In this document: positions 17,273 through 27,397 of the stretch, piece after piece | Layout: every line of letters starts with the position of its first letter | Position numbering within the stretch: the first letter of the stretch is position 1 | Assembly: GCA_049323195.1 (NCBI GenBank) | Contig: JBMOOW010000120.1 | Coordinates: 4,814 to 68,813 of the forward strand | Length of the DNA: 64,000 bases | Source: Pseudomonadota bacterium | GTDB lineage: Bacteria > Pseudomonadota > Gammaproteobacteria > Xanthomonadales > Xanthomonadaceae | Direction: 5' to 3' | The notes under the pieces: model-generated | Told to the model about the DNA's origin: nothing | The model's database searches: none | What the model saw: the letters and a program-made list of their open reading frames with translations, nothing else | Made by a program: the position numbers and the translations under genes

Positions 17273-18544
17273 TCAGCGCGTGAGGGCCGGCTGCTGCTCC
17301 GGCAGGGTCTCGCGTGCGGGCACCTGCGAGGACGCGATCCATCGGTCGCTCGATTCGTGGATGGACTGCATCGATGCCTGCCAGGTGGACAGCGGACGGG
17401 TCGCGACCTCGTGCTCGCGCAACCCTGTCGGCGAGTGGACGATGCGGATGGACGTCGCGTCCGCGTTGAACTCGACGCGGTCGACATGCGCCAGGCGATC
17501 CTCCCGCATGCGCACCAGCAGCGCGGCGGCGATGTTCATGCTGTGCGGGCCCGAAGGAACACCGCGCGCGGCTTCGGCCGCCTGCACCTGCCCGAGGATC
17601 CGCTCGAACAGCCCGTAATCGGGATGGCCGGTGTCGGTGATCCGTTGCCCGTGCGGCTGCGCCAGCGCCTCGCGCGTGAGCCGGCCGACGCGACCGTCGA
17701 CTTCGAGGCCATGCGCGCGCTGGAAGGCTTCGACGGCCTCGCGCGTGCGTCCACCGAAGTCACCGTCCTCGACCAGCGGCAGGCCGCGCGCATCGCGAAT
17801 GCCGAGGTGGTTGAGCCTGCGCTGGAGCTCGCGCACCGCAGTGCCCCGGTCCCCTGCGTCCAAAGTCCCGGCCGGGCCGTCCTGCGTGCTGCCGCGTGGC
17901 GCCGCGGTGCGGTCGCCGGGCCGCGCGTCGGTGGCGCCATGAGCCTGCGGGCGATCGGGGCGACCGGGCCAGCGGCCCGGGGCGATGGTGCCGTTGTCGA
18001 TGTCGCGGATGTAGCGGCGGAACTGTTCGACCTCGCATTCGACGTGGGCGTGGATGGCACCGGGCGAACCCGTGTCGGACATCACGCCGAGAGGTTGCCC
18101 GTAGGCTACCTTTTCGCCGTCGCGCAGTGAGAACGTTCGGGGGTCCATGTGCAGGACCTGGCCCAACAGCCTCGCGCCGCGCTCGTGATGGGGGCGATCG
18201 TAGATCTGGAGCGTCGCGGTCTTGTCGTGCAGGTAGTGCACGTAGCCGGCCACCGGAGCCGGGATGCGTGGCTGGCCGGGCGAATCGTCGAGCAGGATGA
18301 AGTCCTTCTTGACCAGTGTACGCCCGTCCGGCGTACGCCTGATCTCCTCGAATTCCCCCTGGACCCGGGCGTGGACGCGGCCGGGCTCGAAGTCTTCGGG
18401 CCGGCCGGTCCTCAGGCCCCTGACGTTGTGCGATGGATGGTGGATTTCGAGATCGTCGTAGGTGTGCACGCGCTCGATGCCATGGCGAGCACTTTCGACA
18501 ATGCGGTATCTGTCCATTGAGCGTCCTTGCGTCATTGCGGTCAT
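17273..18544 (-). CDS. candidate antibacterial T4SS effector (X-Tfe-like): M23 peptidase + peptidoglycan-binding domain + XVIPCD-like C-terminus
   Basis: HYLHD (HxxxD) and GSPGAIHAHVE (HxH) M23 motifs; PG_binding_1-like GDRGTAVRELQRRLNHLG...DGDFGGRTREAVEAFQRAHGLEVDGRVG; C-terminus GHPDYGLFERIL...HSMNIAAALLV...LAHVDRVEFN...; start 18544 forms ATGA with the immunity gene stop. Confidence 0.75.
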   Translation of the reverse strand: MTAMTQGRSMDRYRIVESARHGIERVHTYDDLEIHHPSHNVRGLRTGRPEDFEPGRVHARVQGEFEEIRRTPDGRTLVKKDFILLDDSPGQPRIPAPVAGYVHYLHDKTATLQIYDRPHHERGARLLGQVLHMDPRTFSLRDGEKVAYGQPLGVMSDTGSPGAIHAHVECEVEQFRRYIRDIDNGTIAPGRWPGRPDRPQAHGATDARPGDRTAAPRGSTQDGPAGTLDAGDRGTAVRELQRRLNHLGIRDARGLPLVEDGDFGGRTREAVEAFQRAHGLEVDGRVGRLTREALAQPHGQRITDTGHPDYGLFERILGQVQAAEAARGVPSGPHSMNIAAALLVRMREDRLAHVDRVEFNADATSIRIVHSPTGLREHEVATRPLSTWQASMQSIHESSDRWIASSQVPARETLPEQQPALTR

Positions 18545-19014
18545 TCCCACGTGGGTTCGGGATCGGAAGCGAGCTGCCAGCAACCGTTATTGCGTTCGAA
18601 GAGCCAGGAATTGCCTTCCGACGTACCGATCACGTAGCGCACCAGCATCGCGGAACCCCGCGCCTGGACGACCGGTACGACCGGATCGCCCCATGGCGCT
18701 CCATCGGCATCCAGGTGCCGGAACGCGCCGTCGACGAAAGCGAGGCTGAAGCCTCGATACTCTTGCCGCGGAACGTTGCGGGTCTCTTTAACGGGATCGA
18801 TCGCGCTGGCGTCCACCCAGTCGGTAACGCGCACGGTGGCCGCCGTATGGCGTGCCCTGACGCGCGAGTCGGCCGCGAATGCCCGGAGGAACGCGTTGAA
18901 GTCGCCGCCCCCGGGACAGTCGACGGAAGACTGCGCAAGCGAGCCGCTGGCGCCTGGCGCACATGCGCAGGCGATCGCAGCGGGTAGCAGTGCAAGGGCG
19001 ATGCGTCCGGTCAT
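18541..19014 (-). CDS. lipoprotein, candidate cognate immunity protein (X-Tfi-like)
   Basis: ATG at 19014; MTGRIALALLPAAIACACAPG signal/lipobox; immediately upstream of and overlapping the effector gene. Confidence 0.6.
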   Translation of the reverse strand: MTGRIALALLPAAIACACAPGASGSLAQSSVDCPGGGDFNAFLRAFAADSRVRARHTAATVRVTDWVDASAIDPVKETRNVPRQEYRGFSLAFVDGAFRHLDADGAPWGDPVVPVVQARGSAMLVRYVIGTSEGNSWLFERNNGCWQLASDPEPTWE

Positions 19015-19174
19015 GGGAAGTCCTTTCGGCAAGGCGGACGGCGCTTCCGAACCCGAGCCGTCCATGGCGCGCCCATGCTAGCCATGCCACTGCGACCCTG
19101 GCAATCCATCCGGGCGATGGGCTCGACCGGGATGTCCGCACCCGTGTGTAGGCCTGTCGCGACCGGCGGCAGCG

Positions 19175-21472
19175 TCACGCCGCTTGCGCGCTGTCTCCAC
19201 CCGCGTGCACCCGGGTGATCGACATGGCGCAAGGCGATGCGCTCCTCGCGCGCTCCCCGGCCGGCAAGCGAAACACCGCCACCGCCTCGACCAGCCGCTC
19301 GGCCTGCGCTTGCAGGCCGAGGGCGGAGGCGGAGGCCTGTTCGACGAGGGCTGCGTTCTGCTGCGTGCCCGCGTCCATGTGCGCCACCGCGTCGCCGATG
19401 CGGGCGATGCCGTCGGCCTGCTGCGACGATGCGCGGGCGATGTCGGCCACCAGGCCGCTCACGCGCTGGGCGTCGTCGACGATCTGCGCGATGCGGCCGT
19501 GCGCGGTGCCCACCCATTCGCTGCCCGCCTCGACCTGTACCACCGAGGTGGCCACCAGGTCGCGCACGTCGCGCGCGGCGGCGGCGGAGCGTTGCGCGAG
19601 GTTGCGCACCTCGGCGGCGACCACCGCGAAGCCGCGGCCTTCCTCCCCCGCGCGCGCCGCTTCCACCGCCGCGTTGAGCGCGAGGATGTTGGTCTGGAAG
19701 GCGATGCCGTCGATCACGCCGACGATCTCGGCCACGCGGCGCGATGCGCTGCGGATGCCGTCCATGGTGTCCACCACGCGATCCATCGCCGCGCCGCCTT
19801 CGCCCGCGGTGTGCGCGGCGTCGCCCGCCAGGCGCTGGGCCTGCTGCGCACCCGCGGTATTTCCGCGCACGGCGGCGGTGAGTTCGTCCATCGCCGCGCC
19901 GGTCTGCTCCAGCGATGCGGCCTGCTGTTCGGTGCGGCGCGCGAGGTCGGCATTGCCGGCGGCGATCTCGTCGGCCGCCGCGCGGATGGCGTTGGCGGCG
20001 AGGCGGATCGCGCCCACCGTCTCGCCCAGTCGCGCGGCGCTGCGGTTGGCGGCGGCCTGCAGGCGGCCGAACTGGCCGTCGAGCGCGGCATCGGCGCGAT
20101 AGCCGAGGTCGCCGGCGGCCAGCGCGTCGAGCATGCGTTCGAGTTCGCCGAGCGCGGTGCGCGTGGCATCGACCAGGCGGTTCACGTCCTGGCCGAGATG
20201 GCGCAGGAAGCCCTGCTGGCGGGTGGTGTCGATGCGTGCGTGGAAGTCGCCGTTCGCCGCCGCGCCGACCACGCGCGCGACCTCCGCCTCCATCGCGAGT
20301 TCGACCGTGCGGTCGCGCCACTCGGTGGCCAGCCCGATGCGGGCGCCCTCGTCGTCGAGCACGGGCGTGAGCACCAGGTCGAAGACGTGGCCGCCCAGCT
20401 CGATGCGCACCTCGCGTGCCTGGCCCAGCGTGGCCAGCAGTTCGTGGCTGATGCCGGTGCCGTCGAACAGCGCGTCCATCGGGGTGCCGACGAGGGCGTC
20501 GGCGCGGAAGTCGGCACGCGTGCGGCGCAGGTCGGCTTCGGTGGCGGCCAGCAGCGCGGCCATGCCGCGATTGGCATAGGCGATGCGCAGCTCGCGGTTG
20601 GCCACCAGTACGTTCGATGCCGAGGCATCCAGCGCGCAGCGCAGGCGCGTGGCCTCGCGCAGCATGCGCGCGCCGTCCTCGACCTGGAAACCCAGCCGCA
20701 CCTGCATGGACTTCAGGCCCAGCAGCAGGCGGCCGACCTCGTCGTTGCGATCGATCGCGATGGCCTGGTCGTAGCGGCCATCGGCAAGCGCGTGGAAGTG
20801 CGCATTGGCCGCATCGAGCCGGCCGACCACGTCGCGCCCGAGCCAGGCAGCGCTGTAGAGCGCGAACACGCCGCCCCCGCCCAGCAGCGTGGCGAGCGCG
20901 CCGTCACCTGCATGCCGTGCGAGCCAGGCCGCCGCCGCGAAGGCCACGCTGCCGAGCGCGGCCAGCAGCAGGCGCTGGCGCAGCGACAGCAGCCAGAGCG
21001 GGTTGAGGCGGCGCAGCGGATGGCGGCGGTCGATGCGCCCATGGCGGAAGCGCAGCCGCGCATCGCCCTCGCGCAGCGCCACGTGCCGGGCTTCGGCCTC
21101 TTCGATCTGCGCGCGCGTGGCGCGCCGCCGCACCGACATGTAGCCCACGTGGCGGCCGTCCTCGTGCAGCGGGGTGACATGCGCCTCCACCCAGTAGTGG
21201 TCGCCGTTCCTGCAGCGGTTGCGGACCATGCCTACCCAGGGGCGCCCGGATTTCAGCGTCGCCCAGAGATCGGCGAAGGCCGCTGCCGGCATGTCGGGAT
21301 GGCGCACGATGTTGTGCGGCTGGCCCAGCAGTTCGTGCTCGGCATAGCCGCTGACCTGCACGAAGGCCGTGTTGACATAGGTGATGCGGCCTTCGGGGTC
21401 GGTCTTCGAGACCAGGGGATGGTCGTCGGGCAGCATCACCTCGACGCCGGTCACGGGCAGGTTGCTTCGCAT
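19175..21472 (-). CDS. PAS-domain methyl-accepting chemotaxis protein (Aer-like N-terminus)
   Basis: ATG at 21472; ITYVNTAFVQVSGYAEHELLGQPHNIVRHPDMP PAS, two TM segments, HAMP, signalling domain IAFQTNILALNAAVEAARAGEEGRGFAVVAAEVRNLA. Confidence 0.9.
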   Translation of the reverse strand: MRSNLPVTGVEVMLPDDHPLVSKTDPEGRITYVNTAFVQVSGYAEHELLGQPHNIVRHPDMPAAAFADLWATLKSGRPWVGMVRNRCRNGDHYWVEAHVTPLHEDGRHVGYMSVRRRATRAQIEEAEARHVALREGDARLRFRHGRIDRRHPLRRLNPLWLLSLRQRLLLAALGSVAFAAAAWLARHAGDGALATLLGGGGVFALYSAAWLGRDVVGRLDAANAHFHALADGRYDQAIAIDRNDEVGRLLLGLKSMQVRLGFQVEDGARMLREATRLRCALDASASNVLVANRELRIAYANRGMAALLAATEADLRRTRADFRADALVGTPMDALFDGTGISHELLATLGQAREVRIELGGHVFDLVLTPVLDDEGARIGLATEWRDRTVELAMEAEVARVVGAAANGDFHARIDTTRQQGFLRHLGQDVNRLVDATRTALGELERMLDALAAGDLGYRADAALDGQFGRLQAAANRSAARLGETVGAIRLAANAIRAAADEIAAGNADLARRTEQQAASLEQTGAAMDELTAAVRGNTAGAQQAQRLAGDAAHTAGEGGAAMDRVVDTMDGIRSASRRVAEIVGVIDGIAFQTNILALNAAVEAARAGEEGRGFAVVAAEVRNLAQRSAAAARDVRDLVATSVVQVEAGSEWVGTAHGRIAQIVDDAQRVSGLVADIARASSQQADGIARIGDAVAHMDAGTQQNAALVEQASASALGLQAQAERLVEAVAVFRLPAGERARSASPCAMSITRVHAGGDSAQAA

Positions 21473-21624
21473 CGCGGTCTCTTCGTGGATATCGCGCGGA
21501 CTCTGCGCCCGTTCGCGGCCACGGGCTTGACCGCGATCAACCCGCGGGCGTCGTCGTGCGGAACGGTGACCGGGTTCGCAGGACGTGCGCGACGCAGGCC
21601 GCACCGGCGCGGCGCGCGCGGCGA

Positions 21625-23202
21625 TCAGAACGCGATGCGGTTGCGCCCTGCGCGCTTGGCGCGATAGAGCGCCGCGTCGGCGGCCTGCAGCAGCTCCGGC
21701 GTCGCGAAGCTCGTGGCCATGTGCACGCCCACGCTCACGGTCACGTACCCGGTGGGCGAATCGGCGTGCGGGATCGCCAGGCTTTCCACCGCGCCACGCG
21801 CGCGCTCGGCGATCTCCAGCGCCGCCTGTGCGTCGACCGTGGGCAGCAGGGCGAGGAACTCCTCGCCGCCGAGCCGGCCGAAGGCATCGTCGGCATTGCG
21901 CAGGCTGCGGCCGATCGCGGCGGCCACGCGACGCAGCGCCGCGTCGCCCGCGACATGGCCGTAGCGGTCGTTGTAGGCCTTGAAGTGGTCGATGTCGAAG
22001 AGCAGGGCGGCCAGCGGCAGGCCGTGGTTGCCGGTGCACAGCCGGTCCAGCGCGGCGTCCAGCCCGCGGCGGTTGAGCGTGCCGGTGAGCGCGTCGGTGC
22101 GGTTGAGGCGGTCGAGCTCGGCATTGTCCTGGTGCGCGCTGCGCAGGCGATGGCCCAGGCCGTCGATCGCGCGCGCGAGCGGACGCAACTCCTCGGGCAT
22201 CTGCGGGGAGGCGGCCGGCGCGGGCTGGCCGTCGCGCGCCAGTGCCTCCAGCGGGCCCAGCACGCGGCGCAGCGAGCGCGCGAAGCGGTCCATCTCCCAG
22301 CGCACCGCCAGCGCCGCGCCCGCGGCGGCCAGCAGGAGCATGGCCAGCATCGTGCCCAGCCGTGCATACAGGGGCGTGGTGACGCGGTCCCCGGGCGCGA
22401 ACAGCAGGAGCTTCCAGCCGGCCTGCATGTCGGCGCGCGCGACGAAGGCATCGCGCCCGTCCGCGAGTGCGGCGGGCACGTGGCGCACGGTGGCCGCGGT
22501 ACGGCCGGCGCCGAGGAAGGGCGCGCCCGACAGGTCCTGCGCGAAGGCGAAGGGCAGCCCGCTGCCGGCGTACACCACGCGATCCTCGCGGTCGAGAATG
22601 AGCATCTCGTAGCCGCGCTGGCGCAAGGCCTCCGAACGCAGGCGGGTGAAGGCGTCGACGCGGATCGAGGCCTCGACCACGCCGCCGGGGCGGCCCCGGT
22701 CCAGCAAAGGCGCCGAGACCGCGACCAGCGGGTCATTGCCGAAGCCGCGGCCGCGGAAGGCGCCGGACACGTGCACCCGCCCCGTGCGCATCGGCACGCG
22801 GAAATACTCGCGATCGGCGACGCGGGTGCCGACGGGGCCGTCCGCGGGCTGGGTGGCGATGATCCGGCCTCGGGCGTCGATCACCACCGCGGTGACGATG
22901 GCGGGAAAGTGCACGCGCAGCTGGCCGAGCGCATCGGGCCAGCCCGCCTTCCCGCCGCCCGAGCGGGCCAGCAGGCCGGTGGCGGCGGCATGGTCCTGCA
23001 CGAAGGTCTCCACCGACAGCGCCGCGAGGCCCGTGGCGACGGCAAGCTGGTCGACCAGGTTGTCCCGCTCGGAGCGGTAGGTCAGGGCGACCGCGCCGAA
23101 CCCGAGCAGCGCCGCGGGAACCAGGGCCACGCCGGCCAGCCGGCGCAGCAGGTCGGCCTGCAGCGAGCGGCGGCGTAGGACGGGCGAGGGGGTGGGATCC
23201 AC
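21625..23202 (-). CDS. sensor diguanylate cyclase (periplasmic Cache-like domain + GGDEF)
   Basis: 525 aa; two TM segments flanking a periplasmic domain; DALTGTLNRRG, RLGGEEFLALL, RAKRAGRNR. Confidence 0.88.
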   Translation of the reverse strand: MDPTPSPVLRRRSLQADLLRRLAGVALVPAALLGFGAVALTYRSERDNLVDQLAVATGLAALSVETFVQDHAAATGLLARSGGGKAGWPDALGQLRVHFPAIVTAVVIDARGRIIATQPADGPVGTRVADREYFRVPMRTGRVHVSGAFRGRGFGNDPLVAVSAPLLDRGRPGGVVEASIRVDAFTRLRSEALRQRGYEMLILDREDRVVYAGSGLPFAFAQDLSGAPFLGAGRTAATVRHVPAALADGRDAFVARADMQAGWKLLLFAPGDRVTTPLYARLGTMLAMLLLAAAGAALAVRWEMDRFARSLRRVLGPLEALARDGQPAPAASPQMPEELRPLARAIDGLGHRLRSAHQDNAELDRLNRTDALTGTLNRRGLDAALDRLCTGNHGLPLAALLFDIDHFKAYNDRYGHVAGDAALRRVAAAIGRSLRNADDAFGRLGGEEFLALLPTVDAQAALEIAERARGAVESLAIPHADSPTGYVTVSVGVHMATSFATPELLQAADAALYRAKRAGRNRIAF

Positions 23203-23295
23203 GTCGGGCTGGGCCTCCGCGCAATGCCGGGTGGTTGACGGCCGGCGCCGCCGCGCCTTGAGGCCGCCACTGGAACATAGCAGGGCGGCCGTGGA

Positions 23296-24807
23296 TCAGC
23301 CGCGCATCGAGCCCGTCTCCACGAAGCGCTGGTGCCAGCTCAGGGCCTCGCGCAGCAGGTGCGGCGAATGCTTGCCGTAGCTGTCGCGGCAGGCGCGGTC
23401 GAAGTAGTCCTGCAGCATCGGGCGGTAGTTGGGGTGGGCGCAGCGCTCGATCACGAGTCGGGCGCGCTGCTTGGGCGAGAGCCCGCGCAGGTCCGCCAGG
23501 CCCTGCTCGGTCACCAGCACCATCACGTCGTGCTCGGTGTGGTCGACGTGGCTGGCCATCGGCACGATCGACGAGACCACGCCGTTCTTCGCGGTGCTGG
23601 GCGACATGAACACAGAGAGGTAAGCATTGCGCGCGAAGTCGCCGCTGCCGCCGATGCCGTTCATGATCTTCGAGCCCGCCACGTGCGTGGAATTGACGTG
23701 GCCGTAGAGGTCGGCCTCGATCATCCCGTTCATGGCGATGCAGCCCAGCCGGCGGATCAGCTCGGGATGGTTGGACATCTCCTGCGGGCGCAGCACGATG
23801 CGCTTGCGGTAGAAGTCGATCTCGCGCTCGAACTCGTCGATGCCGTCGGGGCTGAGCGAGAACGCGGTGGCCGAGGCCATGCGCAGCACGCCGGACTTGA
23901 GCAGCGCGAGCATGCCGTCCTGGATGACCTCGGTGAAGGCCGTGAGCCCGCGGTAGCCGCCGTCCTGCAGCCCGGCGAGCACTGCATTGGCGATGTTGCC
24001 CACGCCCGACTGCAGCGGAAGCAGGCCCGGCTGCAGGCGGCCGCGCCGCACCTCGTGATCAAGGAATTCGAGCAGATGGCCGGCGATGAGCCGCGAGTCC
24101 CCGTCGGGCGGCGCGAAGGGCGTGTTGCGGTCGGGCGAATCGGTCTCGACGATCGCCACCACCTTGTCCGGGTCCACGCGCAGGTAGCGCTCGCCGATGC
24201 GGTCGTCGGGCTGCACCAGCGGGATGGGCTTGCGGTTGGGCGGGCGCTCCGTGCCGTAGTAGACGTCGTGCATGCCGTCCAGCGCCATCGGCTGCCAGCG
24301 GTTGACCTCGAGGATCACGTGCGCGGCCTGGTCCAGCCAGGTCTTGTTGTTGCCGACCGACGAGGAGGGCACCAGCCGCCCGTCCTCGCGGATCGCGGTG
24401 ACTTCCACCACCGCCACGTCCACGTCGCCGAAAAAACCGAACCACGTGTACTGCGCGACATGGCTCAGGTGCATGTCGATGTAGTCCAGGGTGCCGGCGT
24501 TGATGCGCTCGCGCACCGCCGGGTCGGACTGGTAGGGCAGGCGCAGCTGGATGCCCTCGGCGCGCGCGAGTTCGCCGTCGAGTTCGGGCGCGGTGGAAGC
24601 GCCCGTGAGCACGCGCACGCGGAAGTCCTCGCCCGCGGCATGCGCCGCGCGCATGCGCGAGGCCAGCGCCTGGGGCACCGCCTTGGGGTAGCCCGCGCCG
24701 GTGAAACCGCTCATGGCGACGGCCTGGCCGTGGCGGATGTGCGCGGCGGCTTCTTCGGCGCTGCAGACTCGCGCGGCGAGGCCGGGATGGAGGATGCGAT
24801 CGTTCAT
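23296..24807 (-). CDS. acetyl-CoA hydrolase/transferase family protein (succinate/acetate CoA-transferase-like)
   Basis: 503 aa; AVAMSGFTGAGYPKAVPQAL, GIGGSGDFARNA, full-length family pattern. Confidence 0.88.
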   Translation of the reverse strand: MNDRILHPGLAARVCSAEEAAAHIRHGQAVAMSGFTGAGYPKAVPQALASRMRAAHAAGEDFRVRVLTGASTAPELDGELARAEGIQLRLPYQSDPAVRERINAGTLDYIDMHLSHVAQYTWFGFFGDVDVAVVEVTAIREDGRLVPSSSVGNNKTWLDQAAHVILEVNRWQPMALDGMHDVYYGTERPPNRKPIPLVQPDDRIGERYLRVDPDKVVAIVETDSPDRNTPFAPPDGDSRLIAGHLLEFLDHEVRRGRLQPGLLPLQSGVGNIANAVLAGLQDGGYRGLTAFTEVIQDGMLALLKSGVLRMASATAFSLSPDGIDEFEREIDFYRKRIVLRPQEMSNHPELIRRLGCIAMNGMIEADLYGHVNSTHVAGSKIMNGIGGSGDFARNAYLSVFMSPSTAKNGVVSSIVPMASHVDHTEHDVMVLVTEQGLADLRGLSPKQRARLVIERCAHPNYRPMLQDYFDRACRDSYGKHSPHLLREALSWHQRFVETGSMRG

Positions 24808-25084
24808 GCATTCATGCTGGAGGAAGCGGCGTGGCGTCGGCCTCCATGGCGGTGCTGCCCGCGGGCGGCGGTGCCTGCGCGCAGGCCAAGGCCGGGCGCG
24901 ACGCCTGGGAGCGCAGCGTGGGCCTGGGCCGCACGATCGACGGCATACGCTACTGGCAGGGCCGCGTCTACCGGGCCTGCCGCTGAAGGCTGCGACGCGG
25001 GCGCATTCAGGATCCGCCCTGCCGGCCGATCACGAGGCAGCCCTGCGGCGCGGCCGCCCCGCGCGTTCTTTCCCCGGTTCGTCG

Positions 25085-26749
25085 ATGTCGTCATCCCCAA
25101 CCAGCCGTCCCCGCTTTCCGTACCGCCGGCGAGCGCCCATCGGGCTGCGTCTGGCCCTGCTGCTCCTGGCGCTGCTGCTTCCCTGGGCCGCATGCCAGGC
25201 CGGGCCGGCGGCCGGCGCGCTCGCGCTGCGCGGCGAATGGACGCCGGCGCCGGGCGCGGCGGCACGCCCGTTCGACCCGTCGCGGCTGAACGCCTTCGGG
25301 CGCCGGCCGGAGGGCGCCTGGTTGCGGCTGCATCCGCGCGCCGGCGCCTGGCCGCAGGGGGCATGGGTGCTGTCGGTGGAGTCGGCGGGCTTCCAGCGCA
25401 TCACGCTGCACGTGCCCGGTGCGCCGCCCAGGACCGCGCAGCTGCTCGCGCCGTCGGACCGGCACGCCTTCGGACGCTTGGTGTTCGAGCTGCCGCGCCT
25501 GCCGGCAGGGAGCGCACCGCTCGTGCTGCACGTGGATGCGCGCGACACCGTGCCCTCGCCGCTGCTGTTCGCGCTGCGCGAACCGGCGGCGCAGCAGGCC
25601 GTGGAGGCGCGGTGGCTGGCCTTCGCGACCGCCTGCCTGGTGATCATGCTGGCGACCGCCGCGATCGCGCTGGTGTTCGGCCTGCGCCTGCGCGACGCCG
25701 CCTTCGTCTGGTATGCGGCCTATGTGCTCGCCTACGCCCTGATCCAGGCCACGCAGAGCGGCTACATCGTGGCGCCGCTGGGCTGGACCACACTGGCCGC
25801 GACGCTGCCCTTGTGGGGCCGCGCTGTCACCACGCTCTCGGTGATCGCCGCGGTGCTGTTTCTCGACCACTTCGCCGAGCTGCCGCGGCGCCTGCCGCGC
25901 GTGCGCCGTGCGCTGCAGGCCTATGTGGCGCTGATGCTGCTGCTGGTGGCGCTGAGCTACGTCCCGGGCCTGCACGGGCCCATGCGCACGTTGGTCAACC
26001 CGGTGCTCATCCTCGGCGGCCCGCTGGTGCTGGGCGTGGCGGCGGTGGCCGCATGGCGGGGGTCGCGGTATGCGCTGATCTTCCTGCTGGGCTGGGTGCC
26101 GCTGCTGGCGGTGACCGTGCTCGGCAGCCTGCAGCTCTACGGCATCGCCGGGGACTGGCCGTGGAGCGACGATGCGGCCCTCGCCGCGGGCGCCTTCGAG
26201 GCCATCGTGCTCTCGCTGGGCCTGGCCGAGCGCGCGGCCTCGGTGCGTCGCCAGCGCGACCAGGCGCGGCTGCTGGCAGGCACCGACCCGCTGACCGGCG
26301 TGCTCAACCGCCGTGCCTGGCGCGAGGCGGTTCAGGAGCGCCTGGCGCACGACGCCGGCGCGCTGTCGGTGCTCTACCTCGACCTGGACCACTTCAAGCG
26401 CGTGAACGACCGCATCGGCCACGAAGGCGGCGATCGCGTGCTGCGGCTGTTCGTCGAGGTGCTGCGCGGCGCGCTTCGCGAGCGCGACGCCGTGGGGCGC
26501 TATGGCGGCGAGGAGTTCGTGGTGGGCCTGGCGCGGACCGGCCCGGCGGAGGCGCGCGCGGTGGCCGAACGCATCCGCAGCGGGTTGCGCGAGCGCGGAC
26601 AGGGGCGGGTGCCCGACATGCCGCTCACGGTGAGCATCGGCCTGGCCACGCGCCGCCCGGGCGAGTCGCTGGACGAGCTGCTGCGTCGAGCCGATGCCGC
26701 GCTCTACGAGGCCAAGCGCGGCGGGCGCGATCAGGTGGTGGGCGGCTGA
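25085..26749 (+). CDS. 7TM-receptor (7TMR-DISM-like) diguanylate cyclase
   Basis: ATG at 25085; signal peptide, ~170-aa extracytoplasmic region, seven hydrophobic helices, DPLTGVLNRR, YGGEEFVVGL. Confidence 0.85.
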   Translation: MSSSPTSRPRFPYRRRAPIGLRLALLLLALLLPWAACQAGPAAGALALRGEWTPAPGAAARPFDPSRLNAFGRRPEGAWLRLHPRAGAWPQGAWVLSVESAGFQRITLHVPGAPPRTAQLLAPSDRHAFGRLVFELPRLPAGSAPLVLHVDARDTVPSPLLFALREPAAQQAVEARWLAFATACLVIMLATAAIALVFGLRLRDAAFVWYAAYVLAYALIQATQSGYIVAPLGWTTLAATLPLWGRAVTTLSVIAAVLFLDHFAELPRRLPRVRRALQAYVALMLLLVALSYVPGLHGPMRTLVNPVLILGGPLVLGVAAVAAWRGSRYALIFLLGWVPLLAVTVLGSLQLYGIAGDWPWSDDAALAAGAFEAIVLSLGLAERAASVRRQRDQARLLAGTDPLTGVLNRRAWREAVQERLAHDAGALSVLYLDLDHFKRVNDRIGHEGGDRVLRLFVEVLRGALRERDAVGRYGGEEFVVGLARTGPAEARAVAERIRSGLRERGQGRVPDMPLTVSIGLATRRPGESLDELLRRADAALYEAKRGGRDQVVGG

Positions 26750-27354
26750 GGTCCGCCGCGGCCGGCCGGTTGCGCGCGTTCGGCCTCCACGAACCCGCAC
26801 AGCGCCGGAAACAGCGACTCGAACGCGCTCCCGGCCTCGGCTTCCAGCCCGCGCAGGTCCTCGAGGCAGCCCACCAGCCGTTCGCCATGGCGCGAGAGCC
26901 GGCCGGCGATGCGCCTCACGGCAAGGTCGACGCTGCCGCGGTGGCGGTAGCCGCCCAGCCAGTCGCGGGCGGCCATGGACGGCGCGATCGCCTGCAGCCG
27001 CGGCGGCAGCGACGCGTCATGCGCATCGAGCATCGCATAGGCGCGCGCGGTGAAGGCGTCCAGCGGGGTCGTGGACCAGCGCGCCCAGTCGCGGGCGAGC
27101 AGGTGGTCGAAGTACACGTCGAGCGCGATGCCCGCATAGCGCCGGCGGCCGTCGGGGAAGCGCGCCCGCAGCGCGGTCACCGCCGGATGCGAATCGGTGA
27201 AGGCGTCGATGCGACGGTGCAGCAGGATCTCGCGCCGCACGACCGCCCCGTAGCGCTCCAGCCCGCTGGATCCGAAGACGAAGTCGCCCAGCAGCGCGCC
27301 CAGCATCGCGTCCTCGCTCTGCCGGGCCAGGTACAGGTGCGCGAGCCAGTTCAT
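26731..27354 (-). CDS. acpH: acyl carrier protein phosphodiesterase (AcpH family)
   Basis: MNWLAHLYLA...LLGDF...LLHRRIDAFTDSHP matches the AcpH N-terminal pattern; 19-bp convergent overlap with the previous gene. Confidence 0.82.
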   Translation of the reverse strand: MNWLAHLYLARQSEDAMLGALLGDFVFGSSGLERYGAVVRREILLHRRIDAFTDSHPAVTALRARFPDGRRRYAGIALDVYFDHLLARDWARWSTTPLDAFTARAYAMLDAHDASLPPRLQAIAPSMAARDWLGGYRHRGSVDLAVRRIAGRLSRHGERLVGCLEDLRGLEAEAGSAFESLFPALCGFVEAERAQPAGRGGPQPPTT

Positions 27355-27397
27355 GCGCGGCGCAGTCTACTTCCGCGCGGCCGAGCGGCAGCCTTCG

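Noticed and set aside
19011-20321. 436-aa minus-strand ORF overlapping the MCP gene
   Set aside because: Out of frame with the MCP signalling-domain motifs. Extreme Arg/Gly/Pro content.
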